A stretch of 64,000 nt of DNA from Nitrospirota bacterium (GTDB taxonomy: Bacteria > Nitrospirota > UBA9217): NCBI GenBank assembly GCA_963818475.1, contig CAWFSF010000006.1, forward strand, positions 256,001-320,000, written 5' to 3'. The notes under the pieces are model-generated. The model was not told the DNA's origin. It did no database searches and saw nothing but the letters and a program-made list of their open reading frames with translations. A program made the position numbers and the translations under genes. The number at the start of each line of letters is the position of its first letter. Positions within the stretch are counted from its first letter, which is position 1. Positions 18,429-27,513 of this stretch are shown piece by piece.

Positions 18429-20150
18429 ATGATAAATAGAACAATTGGAGGAGTGATCCTGGTTTTATTGTTAATCTTGACGATCTCTGAAAGGGCATAT
18501 GCCGTGGGCACTACGAAGCCGGAGGACATCTGCAAGCTAAAGAAACTAAAAGTCGGAGTTGCTATTGACGATCCGGATCTCGTCCCGAAAAAAGGAGAGC
18601 CTAAACCTGTCGCGCCCGAAGCAGGGTATCCTCCTTATTTGATCCCTCTCTATAGCGAGCAACTACCCGAGGACAATAAAGTTTATGTTTATGCTGTCGG
18701 ATTCGACCTCGATATTATAAATATAATCCGGAAAGAGTTTTGCGAAGGTACTTTGCCGGAGCTTGCCATATACTATGCCCCCTATGATGAACTTTTTGAC
18801 AGGTTGCGTGTCAAACAAATTGATTTTTTAATTGCCGCCATCGCGGCGAGCACTCCTTCTGCAAAGCGACGTGGAATAGCATACTCCTTGCCTTATAACG
18901 AAAGAGGCGGGGATGCAATAGCCATCCCTCAAGAGGCGCTCAATACAGATCAATCAGCAGCTATACCCAAATTTAAACCTGATGTATCTTCTGTGTTAAG
19001 AACAAGTATCGTGGGAACGAGTGGAACTACGTGCAGTACGCAAATCGAATGTGCTCTTTATAACAGGGTGGTTTATTTTGAAGGCGACACGCTCGGAAAA
19101 GACAAGTTGTCGTACGTAACAGGGTTTGACGGCAAAAGACTGAAACAGCTTTCCGTTACCTCGATACCTCAGCCGTCATTAGATGACGTTCTCCTGGGGG
19201 GCATAAAGAGTAATGGCGCTATTTTGCTCGATCTGCCGACCCTTAGATTTTTTATGACGTATCAGCCGAACGATGGGGGGAAAGATGCCTATAAAGCATT
19301 GCGGGATAAGTGGAAACTGTTAGTCGTAAAGCCTGACGCGCAGGGTGATGACAGATATTTGGTCATGAAATCCGGCGATGTTATAGCAACCCGGCTTGAA
19401 GATGAAGAGCTTTTGGCCAGGATCAATTCAATCATCAACCATGCACGGATAACCCCTGATTTGGCTGCCGCACAGGAGAAATGGTTTGGGAAAGGCGAGA
19501 GCATGAAGAGTGTGGACTATAGTAAAAACTTGGATAAAGATAAGGCCCTTCCGCTGCTTGACAGCGGCAAAACGTTGCCCGAGCCGTATAAAAAGAACAT
19601 CGGCTTTAGCTTTAGCATAGGCACTCCTGTGCTCGGAAGCGAGGGCGGTCAAAAGCTCGGAGGTTCTTTGGAGCTGAGCGATCAGTGGCCCGCTGCTCAT
19701 GAATTTTCCGGCTGGTGGCAGAAATTCTATCACTCGCCGATTTGCCTTGGGCTCGCTCAGTGCGCGAATGAAATGGGGATCGGCCTGGATTTTTCGGAAG
19801 AGCCCCTGGTCAAGAACGACGTCAGCATTACGCTCAAACGCACGGTCCAGATCGGACCCTTTTGGCGGTATCATTTCGATAAAAAAAATGACTTCTTTGA
19901 AAAACCTTGGCTGGGGTTCAAAATCGATGCGGTATATGCGAAGACGGTGGACGCAGAGAAGTCAGACAACACGTTCACGACGGATAGCAGCTGGAAAGGG
20001 TCGTTCATCCCCACCGCAGGCGTGAATATCCCTTTTTCCGAAAAAGTTAAATTAGAACTGTCCGTAGAATTGGATGATATCTTGATTACTCGGGGTAAAC
20101 CGGAACCCAACTTGCAGGCAAAAATGGGGATCAAGGTGGAAATTAACTGA
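18429..20150 (+). CDS. Exported protein: family-3 solute-binding-like domain plus C-terminal beta-strand-rich domain
   Basis: Signal peptide (AYA), LKVGV, YPPY, GFDLDI, IDFLIAAI, YSLPY, EKWFG; alternating-pattern C-terminus. Confidence 0.7.
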   Translation: MINRTIGGVILVLLLILTISERAYAVGTTKPEDICKLKKLKVGVAIDDPDLVPKKGEPKPVAPEAGYPPYLIPLYSEQLPEDNKVYVYAVGFDLDIINIIRKEFCEGTLPELAIYYAPYDELFDRLRVKQIDFLIAAIAASTPSAKRRGIAYSLPYNERGGDAIAIPQEALNTDQSAAIPKFKPDVSSVLRTSIVGTSGTTCSTQIECALYNRVVYFEGDTLGKDKLSYVTGFDGKRLKQLSVTSIPQPSLDDVLLGGIKSNGAILLDLPTLRFFMTYQPNDGGKDAYKALRDKWKLLVVKPDAQGDDRYLVMKSGDVIATRLEDEELLARINSIINHARITPDLAAAQEKWFGKGESMKSVDYSKNLDKDKALPLLDSGKTLPEPYKKNIGFSFSIGTPVLGSEGGQKLGGSLELSDQWPAAHEFSGWWQKFYHSPICLGLAQCANEMGIGLDFSEEPLVKNDVSITLKRTVQIGPFWRYHFDKKNDFFEKPWLGFKIDAVYAKTVDAEKSDNTFTTDSSWKGSFIPTAGVNIPFSEKVKLELSVELDDILITRGKPEPNLQAKMGIKVEIN

Positions 20151-20418
20151 TGAAGAAAACCAGAAAAGCAGTTACTTATTAGAATAATGTTAAATAGTAA
20201 AGAATGTTTGCAGCAGCTGGTGTTAGCAAAGCCGCCGCGGCAGACTCAGGATAAACCGTGGTGGGGCGAGTACTATGTAGACGTTCGAAAAATACGAGAC
20301 CGTGAGCTCTTTGCTTAGAAGGGAACGTAATAATTAACTAATGCGGCGTTCCGTAGCCTGCAGAAGCCGCACGAAATCGCAAGTAGCGTGCGACTGTGAC
20401 CGCAAGGGAGGATTCAAA

Positions 20419-20823
20419 ATGGCGACGACACCTAAGGAAGAATATTTCGACGCTTATACGGAGCATACGAAAACGTTGAGGACCTGGCTTGTCGCGTACG
20501 GGATCGGTGCGCCGGTTCTTTTCATGACGAACGCAAAACTTGTTGATAAGTTTTCGGGTTCGCTCGATGCAAAGCTTATTACCGGATTATTTTTAGCCGG
20601 CGTTGTCCTGCAGGTGTTTCTGGCAGTCATGAACAAAGCAGTGAACTGGGCTTCCTATTTCGCAGTAGGCCATCCAAAGAGAAAAGACGAAAGGTTATTT
20701 GCATTTGCCTGTTGGTTCTGCGACCAATTCTGGGTAGATATGTTAATTGACATCGGCAGCCTCATTTGTTTTGCCATTGCAACATGGAAATCGTTTGCGC
20801 TCTTTGTTGGACAGACTTCATAG
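20419..20823 (+). CDS. Hypothetical membrane protein (3 TM)
   Basis: GGAGG RBS before ATG 20419; three hydrophobic segments. Confidence 0.7.
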   Translation: MATTPKEEYFDAYTEHTKTLRTWLVAYGIGAPVLFMTNAKLVDKFSGSLDAKLITGLFLAGVVLQVFLAVMNKAVNWASYFAVGHPKRKDERLFAFACWFCDQFWVDMLIDIGSLICFAIATWKSFALFVGQTS

Positions 20824-21264
20824 TTGTCTGAGTAGCTTCGGTTTGGGGTGAAATAAACGCGATGATGTCAAACTTCACCCTTCAACCTTCAAACTTCTTA
20901 GGCTGACGCCTGATGAGCATAATGAATTGATCGATTCTTTAAAAAAGAATTTCAAATTATAACCTGCGATATGTGTCTCGTTGAAGGGAAAGCATAGAAA
21001 AAAAAGCGTCCCCAAAAATTGCAGAAGCTTAAGTAAGGTCCACTTAAGGGGTAGTGGACGCGCGGGAAGACGACGGAGATGGAGAATTTTACGCACTGCC
21101 GTGATAGTATACGGTTTACATACAATGCAATTAAGAACGTAACGAACGCTCGGCAAGGAAAAAGCAAACGCTTGCTTGACACGTATCATCGGTAAGCTCA
21201 TACTGCCTCAACTGAATTTCCCGAAAAGGTATGGAGTGTTCAAGCTTCACTCTTCAAACTTCTT

Positions 21265-21783
21265 ATGGTGATCATCCGGCAGTGCAGGCAGAGCGATTTC
21301 GATGCAATGTATGTCATCATCAACGATGCCGCGCAGGCATACCGGGACGTCATTCCTGCTGATCGCTGGAACGAGCCCTATATGTCCCGCGAATACCTTC
21401 AGCATGAGATCGATGATGGCGTCGCATTCTGGGGATACGAGGAGAACGGCGAACTGATCGGCGTGATGGGCATCCAGGCTGTTCAGAACGTCACGCTCAT
21501 CCGTCATGCCTACGTGCGGACAGCAGATCGCGGCAAAGGCATCGGCGGCAAGCTGCTGTCGGCACTGAAACGGAAGACCAGCGGACCTACGCTGGTGGGC
21601 ACCTGGAAGGCCGCTGTCTGGGCAATCCGGTTCTACGAAAAGTACGGGTATCGGCTCGTGACCGAGCAACAGAAGGAACAGCTGCTCCGGAAGTACTGGA
21701 AGATCCCCGAACGGCAGGTGGAAACGTCGGTTGTTCTGGCGGACCGGACATGGTTCGAGATGGGTAGTGAGCGCCGGGAGTAA
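21265..21783 (+). CDS. GNAT family N-acetyltransferase
   Basis: RHAYV..DRGKGIGGKLL and AIRFYEKYGY. Confidence 0.9.
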   Translation: MVIIRQCRQSDFDAMYVIINDAAQAYRDVIPADRWNEPYMSREYLQHEIDDGVAFWGYEENGELIGVMGIQAVQNVTLIRHAYVRTADRGKGIGGKLLSALKRKTSGPTLVGTWKAAVWAIRFYEKYGYRLVTEQQKEQLLRKYWKIPERQVETSVVLADRTWFEMGSERRE

Positions 21784-21810
21784 CGCAACATAAGTAACAA
21801 CGAGTCGGTC

Positions 21811-21945
21811 TAAAGTCCCGACGACAGCGGGCTGGACGAAGGCGCATGCCTTGCGGCTGAAGAACATCGAAAGCTGTGTGCGGGAAAACCGCATGCACGG
21901 TTTGATGAGGGAGAGCTGGTCATTACGACCAGCTCTCTACTCTAC
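21811..21945 (+). mobile_element. Diverged 3'-end remnant (ORF end, DV, DVI) of a related group II intron
   Basis: Matches about 12611-12745 with several substitutions and indels; followed by CC, as in copies 2 and 3. Confidence 0.9.
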
Positions 21946-22010
21946 CCAAACGGTCCCGGGCAAGATTCTCAGAAAGCTAACAAAGCGCTTCAACGAGGGG
22001 AGAATAAGCT

Positions 22011-23150
22011 ATGCAATTACAGAGAGGTGACCAGCTGTCTGATAGTTCCGAGGCACTCAAGGTCCTTACCTTGATTATCCCTTTAGGCCTGGCCGGCATC
22101 CTTGTTTATTCGCTACAATTTTGCGATCTAAAGATAATAACTTCGGTGCTGGGGGTGGCGGCAATGCTCGCAGGGGCGTCGCTGCTTCTCGGTGGCTTGG
22201 TCGGTTTTCTGTTTGGCATTCCGCGCACGCTCCAGAAGGCCATGCAGCCAAATGGAGAAGAGAAAGATGCCCGTGAGACAGGACCCGAAAGAGTATCATA
22301 TCAGGCCAATACCAATCTTGAACAAATATCCGATTGGCTTACAAAAATAATAATCGGCGTCGGCCTTACACAGCTCACAAATATTCCGGGCAAACTGCTG
22401 CAGCTTGCCGATTATGTATCGGCCGGACTGGGCAGCAGCACTAGCGGGAGACCGTTTGCACTCGTTGTCATCCTTTATTTTACTGTAAGCGGCTTCTTAT
22501 TTGGCTACCTGTGGACCCGGCTTTTTCTCGCGGGTGAACTTAAGAAAGCTGAGATGAATGTTTCAAAACTGCTTGCACAGTCGATCGCGACTCTTGATGC
22601 AGTCGAACCACGCCTCAATGAAAATGACAAAAAAACGTTTCAAGAATTCAGGCAGGAGGCCGAAAAACAATTGGCCTTTATGCTGCCTGATGCAAAATTG
22701 ATGCAACAGCTTGAGAAATTCGCACAGGAGTATGAACTGGTTCGTAAAATAATGAAACCGGGCCGAGAGCTAACGGTTCAAATGGGGACCATCCTGGCCC
22801 AGGTCAGGGCATTGGCGCAAAAGGTTAACTACAAGCCGGACATTATTAATAAGTTATTCGCTACGGGAACAGACGGCAATCGAATCGTGTCTCTCGGACT
22901 CCTGCAGATTTTGCTTTACCCGCAGTGCGGCGATATCGTTTTGGACTCGATTGCACATTCTAAATCTGCGTTTGAGCAATATCAGGCTCTCCGGGCCGCT
23001 GAAGATATGCTGCCGTTCTTGGATGAAGGGAGCAAGAAAAAGCTGTCGGATATTTTAAAAGACCAGCGAAGCGGCGTGGAAGGGAAATTCATCACCAGGG
23101 ATTCCGATCGATGGGGCTTGAGCGAAAGAATACTGGCTCAATTAAAATAG
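22011..23150 (+). CDS. Hypothetical membrane protein (4 TM plus helical C-terminal domain)
   Basis: 379-aa ORF with RBS; LVGFLFGIPR...NTNLEQISDWLTKIIIGVGLTQL segment. Confidence 0.8.
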   Translation: MQLQRGDQLSDSSEALKVLTLIIPLGLAGILVYSLQFCDLKIITSVLGVAAMLAGASLLLGGLVGFLFGIPRTLQKAMQPNGEEKDARETGPERVSYQANTNLEQISDWLTKIIIGVGLTQLTNIPGKLLQLADYVSAGLGSSTSGRPFALVVILYFTVSGFLFGYLWTRLFLAGELKKAEMNVSKLLAQSIATLDAVEPRLNENDKKTFQEFRQEAEKQLAFMLPDAKLMQQLEKFAQEYELVRKIMKPGRELTVQMGTILAQVRALAQKVNYKPDIINKLFATGTDGNRIVSLGLLQILLYPQCGDIVLDSIAHSKSAFEQYQALRAAEDMLPFLDEGSKKKLSDILKDQRSGVEGKFITRDSDRWGLSERILAQLK

Positions 23151-23237
23151 ACAATAATTTATATTGGTCAAAGAGCGGACGGTAAGGAGCTCGCAAGGGA
23201 AAGCATGCATAGAAACAACGTCCCGAAAGTTTCCCCG

Positions 23238-23850
23238 GATAAACAAATTCTTTGAGGATGTATTGGGTTACGATGTGTTTACTGAAATATCGCGAGAACA
23301 CGTCGTTAAGGAACGAAATGTCGATTATGCGATTAAACTCAACGGCAAAGTAAAATTCTTTATTGAAGTAAAGCAAGCTGGAATAAATCTGAAGGAAAAG
23401 CATATAGAACAAGCGGAAAACTACGCTGCAAACTCCGGGGTTCCCTGGGTTCTTTTGACCAACGGTGTCTATTGGCAGCTCTATCACCTAAGTTTCGAAG
23501 ATGGGATCCAGAGCGATTTGGTTCTCTCTGTAGATCTCAAAGAAGGTGACATTAAAGAGGCTGCACAGGCATTGGGAATACTTCATAGGAAAAGTGTTCT
23601 GAAAGGCGAGATAGAGGAGTTTTACGAGAAGGTAAAAACACTCTCGCCTAAGAGCATAGTTCAGGCACTATTTCACGAAAGTACCTTAAAAGTCATTCGC
23701 GCTTGTCTAAAGAGCAGTCATGGAATCAGAGTTGACGAGCAAGAGTTGGTGGATAATATCAGAAAAATGATTTCCAAGGAAACCTGGGAGTCTATCGGGG
23801 ATGTTAAGATTACAAGAAAAAGAAAAACAAAGCCAAAGGCGAAGGAAGAA
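23238..23850 (+). pseudogene. Type I restriction enzyme HsdR N-terminal-domain protein, truncated at both ends
   Basis: DVLGYD...VDYAIK...FIEVK...QAENYA...LTNG motifs. The recognisable part starts just after the GTCCC site and ends at the GTTCAGG repeat. Confidence 0.7.
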
Positions 23851-23899
23851 GTTCAGGGTTCAGGGTTCAGGGTTCAGGGTTCAGGGTTCAGGGTTCAGA
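23851..23899. repeat. Heptamer tandem repeat (GTTCAGG) x7
   Basis: Counted directly; the last unit is GTTCAGA. Confidence 0.95.
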
Positions 23900-23914
23900 T
23901 CTCTCATCAAGACC

Positions 23915-23966
23915 GCCCCTCGCCCTCGCCCTCTAACTCGAGGGGGAGGGAAAAGGGGAGAGGGTG
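23915..23966. repeat. CCCTC..GAGGG palindromic element (DUF559-associated family); another copy at 24903-24940
   Basis: Similar to the elements flanking 55011-55361. Confidence 0.65.
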
Positions 23967-24059
23967 CTTGGTTATTGAGAATCTTCAGGGTCGGGTCTAC
24001 TTTCTTTTTCTCATTCCTTCCGCATATCGACATCACAGCCTTCCCTCGGAGACCTAGAA

Positions 24060-24533
24060 CTACTTGGCGGACAGAACAATGTCCCCCTTGGTGCCTTCCA
24101 CAATGGCAATGAGCTCACTCTGCTCCTTTGGAGGGACCTTGAACTTATTCAGGCTCTTCTTGAAGTCAACCACCATTGCCTGCCACTCTGTCTCGGTGAT
24201 GGCAAGATGACGGTGAGCATCCTTCATGGAGCGCCCCGTGTACTGGCAGGGGCCGCCGGTCACCTGGCAGACCAGGGCGGTCACCTGAAATTTCAGTCCG
24301 GCTTTGGGTACCCGCTGTCTTGCTTCGTTGATTTTCGGATTTGCGTTCAGCGTCTTGTTGATCAACAGCCGTTCAATAAAGTCGTCCACGAGGGTCGCGA
24401 TGCTGTAAACGCCCCCAAGCCGATCATGCAGCGACGGCTCCTGCTTCTCCTGAGCGCCGGCGGGGACAGCATTCCCCAGGACGGTCAGGACGACCAGGAA
24501 TGAAAAAGCCATTACCATACTGAGTTTCTTCAT
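24060..24533 (-). CDS. Group I truncated hemoglobin with N-terminal signal peptide
   Basis: SLHDRLGG, LVDDF, VTGGPCQYTGRSMKDAH (proximal His); MKK-hydrophobic-AGA leader. Confidence 0.9.
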   Translation of the reverse strand: MKKLSMVMAFSFLVVLTVLGNAVPAGAQEKQEPSLHDRLGGVYSIATLVDDFIERLLINKTLNANPKINEARQRVPKAGLKFQVTALVCQVTGGPCQYTGRSMKDAHRHLAITETEWQAMVVDFKKSLNKFKVPPKEQSELIAIVEGTKGDIVLSAK

Positions 24534-24627
24534 AGGTTCCACAACTCCTTTCTTGGTGCAAAAAAACTTTTCTTTCTCCCCCTCGCTTTCCATCCGGAAA
24601 GGACGAGCCATCGGAGAATTTTTCTAA

Positions 24628-24655
24628 AGTATATCCCTGCCCTCCGAATTGTCAA
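24628..24655 (-). promoter_or_regulatory. Sigma-70-type promoter TTGACA-N16-TATACT
   Basis: Read on the minus strand upstream of the globin gene. Confidence 0.65.
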
Positions 24656-24750
24656 GCCGGCATACTGCACCTTAAATTCCCCTCATACGCCACCTGTCGG
24701 TTTTGACAGGTGACACACGTTGAAAATATTCATATAATAAACCATTACCT

Positions 24751-24823
24751 CGCTCTTCCCCCAGATCGTCGGCGGCGCCTTTATCGGGACCGGTATCGGG
24801 CTCGCCGTAGGCAGGCGCTGAGA
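24751..24823 (+). pseudogene. Internally deleted 3' remnant of the LysE gene
   Basis: Joins sequence matching about 34014-34036 to sequence matching about 34190-34243. Confidence 0.85.
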
Positions 24824-25261
24824 CATAAATATCTTCCGGATTGCCCTTCTTATTTCAGTTCACTGAAAAACCCCCTCTTGTCTCAGTAGAAAGCAATTCT
24901 TGCACCCTCCCCCTAGTTCCCTCCCATCGAAGGGAGAGGAGCGTTAATCTTGCTGCGGGGTAGCTCATCATGAGCCTGTTCCGTTGCGATCCTTGTTCTG
25001 GGTCCCGGCCGCGTTGCAGGTAATGGCCTTGTTGCGTGCGATCGCTACCAGGGAAAAATTCCGGAAAGTTAGGGATTCCCCGGGTTGTCATCCGGTCGGA
25101 AAGCTGTTACAGATATGCTTAGAAGGGTGAATATAACACAATGTCCCGCCAGATGCCCACGACGCTAATCACAATGGATTCCCTGACAGCCATTCTGTTA
25201 ATTATCTGCTATCTTTCATATATACGAGCATAGGTATAATTATAGCGGTCAGAAGGTATGT

Positions 25262-25508
25262 CGCTATCCGGGTGGGCTCAAAGGAGAAGAAGCGCCGGTG
25301 AGGGCAGGATCGTCATGCTCGTCGATCAATATGACGCGGCTGCGGAGTCAAAGGCGCTACGAACAGGCTTTTGACCATCAAAAGACGTTCAAGATCATAG
25401 CCGAGGGTGACGGAAAGGACCATGCCGGAGCATTTTGATCCGACGGTCCTCAAGGCCTTCAAGGAAGTCGCACCCGTATTTGAAGAGATATTCGATCAGC
25501 ATCAATAA
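25262..25508 (+). pseudogene. Degenerate C-terminal fragment of an HD-GYP phosphodiesterase
   Basis: YPGGLKGEE..GRIVMLVDQYDA..HFDPTVLKAFKE across frameshifts; partial second copy at 27293-27367. Confidence 0.75.
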
Positions 25509-25637
25509 TAAAAATGAGGCGGTCCCTGAAACGCGGAAGATATAAAAAACGCAGTCTGATACGGAGCTTCCCGCAAGAGGCACAGGGACGATACAGCCTG
25601 CAGAAGATGAAACGTATTTGAAAAATGGAGCTTAATC

Positions 25638-27281
25638 GTGACGGTAAGAGCAAAGTGGATGAATAAACAAAAAGTCGCATGGATATACCGGCTGAAGAAC
25701 AGGATCCTTTTCGGAATATTAGGTCTGCTGGCGGTCTTCCTTTCCGCGGCATTGATATTTGTCGTCATGACGCTCCGGAGCAGCCTGCACCATGACAGCC
25801 GGATCAAGACGCAGGAGCTGGGCGATGCAATAACGTCCGGTTTGACGACCATGATGCTAAAGAGAGACCCCGCGGTGATCCAGGAAACCTTCGACAATAT
25901 GAAGAAAACCGCTCATTCGGTAGCGAAGGCCTTTATCGTCGATAAAAACGGCAGAATAGCTTTTTCAACCGAAAGAAATGAGATAGGAAAGATCCTGGAC
26001 AGATTTAAGGAACCCTCCTGTATGGGTTGCCATCAACCGACAGGCACTGTGCGTAATGAAATGACGATACTGACAAGATCGGCGAGTGGTGAGCGAATCC
26101 AGAGGAATGCATGGGTGATTTACAACGAAAAAGCCTGTCATGGCTGCCATTCAAAAGCCGACCGCATCAACGGGAAACTCATTATCGACCGCTCGGTGGA
26201 AGATACGCATTCGCTGATCGTTAAGACGGAGTTGCTGATTTTCGCTTCAGGTCTCGGCTGTTTTATTCTTATAATCCCGTTTTTATCGAGGAAGCTCAAC
26301 AAATACATCCTGGAAATAGTGAGTATGAACAGTCAGCTTACCTTGCTGCTCAGCGTGGCGGAACGTCTCAGCAGGTCCATCGAGATCAGGGAACTGAGCG
26401 TATTAGTCGCCGATATTGTCCGGGACTGGTTTGAAGCGGATATCGTTGATATCGTATTCCCGAGGGGAGTTGATGATTACCGGGCCTACCGGTGGTCCGG
26501 CGGCGAAGAAAGAATTGAGCGGAAAAATGTCGAAATAGACGAACCGCTGCATTTGATGATACACGAATGGCTCGGCGGGAAACTCGATAAAGAAAAGATA
26601 TCCGATGACGGAAAGCAGGTGTATCTGCCCGTTAAAAAGGGCGATACCCGTCTCGCGCTCATTGCGTTCGTCAGGCATGACAAACCGATCGATCCCCGGC
26701 GGCTTGAACTCCTCAATGTCGTATCTGATTTTATGTCGATGGCCTTTGAGAACGCGCGCCTCTATTCCGTTGCAATAACGGATGAACTGACCCTTCTCTT
26801 CACGACAAGACATTTCAGGCACTGCATTGACCGGGAAGTGTCGGAGTTTGAAAAGCACGGCCGGAAGTTTGTGCTGCTCATGCAGGATATCGATAATTTT
26901 AAGCGGGTAAACGACACCTACGGACATTTAACCGGCGATGCCGTGCTTAAGGAGGTCGCGCAATGCATGCTGCATTCCATAAGAGACAACGATCTCGTCT
27001 TTCGCTATGGCGGCGAGGAATTTGTCGTGCTTCTCCCTGATACCGATGCCAAAGGGGGGGCGTTGGTTGCGGAGAGGATAAGAAAAACCGTAGAAGACTT
27101 TATTTTTGATAAGGGAACGAATAACCTGAAGATCACGGTGAGCATCGGTGTTTCGGCCTGTCCGGCGAATGCAAATGAGGTTAGAGCACTCATTGCTTCT
27201 GCAGACGTCGCTCTCTATAAGGCCAAAGAAACGGGAAAAAACAGGGTTGTTGCAAGTCAGGACCGTTCTCCGTCTCTCTGA
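25638..27281 (+). CDS. Membrane diguanylate cyclase with a periplasmic di-heme-c sensor and a GAF-like domain
   Basis: Two TM segments enclosing CMGCH and CHGCH; RDND I-site; RYGGEEF. Confidence 0.9.
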   Translation: MTVRAKWMNKQKVAWIYRLKNRILFGILGLLAVFLSAALIFVVMTLRSSLHHDSRIKTQELGDAITSGLTTMMLKRDPAVIQETFDNMKKTAHSVAKAFIVDKNGRIAFSTERNEIGKILDRFKEPSCMGCHQPTGTVRNEMTILTRSASGERIQRNAWVIYNEKACHGCHSKADRINGKLIIDRSVEDTHSLIVKTELLIFASGLGCFILIIPFLSRKLNKYILEIVSMNSQLTLLLSVAERLSRSIEIRELSVLVADIVRDWFEADIVDIVFPRGVDDYRAYRWSGGEERIERKNVEIDEPLHLMIHEWLGGKLDKEKISDDGKQVYLPVKKGDTRLALIAFVRHDKPIDPRRLELLNVVSDFMSMAFENARLYSVAITDELTLLFTTRHFRHCIDREVSEFEKHGRKFVLLMQDIDNFKRVNDTYGHLTGDAVLKEVAQCMLHSIRDNDLVFRYGGEEFVVLLPDTDAKGGALVAERIRKTVEDFIFDKGTNNLKITVSIGVSACPANANEVRALIASADVALYKAKETGKNRVVASQDRSPSL

Positions 27282-27513
27282 TGCGAGTTCAAATAACCGA
27301 GGATGACGGAAGGAGCCTGCCGAAACATTTTGATCCGGCGGTCTTCAGCGCCTTCAAGGAAATCGCAGTGATATAACGTATATACCGTGGACAGTTCACA
27401 AGGGCAGTTCACGGTAAAAAATAAAAAAAAGTTGAACCGCAGATGCAGAGGAAAAACCAAATGACAGAATAAATTACAGGCTGTGCAATGGTGTTTCATG
27501 AAGGAGAGTTCGT

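Noticed and set aside
6135-24671. Classical integron or CRISPR array
   Set aside because: No intI gene, no RYYYAAC...GTTRRRY attC ends at the junctions I examined, and no constant-length repeat-spacer periodicity.
24691-24712. Palindrome CACCTGTC-N6-GACAGGTG upstream of the globin promoter
   Set aside because: It could be an operator, but it occurs once and I cannot match it to a named regulator.
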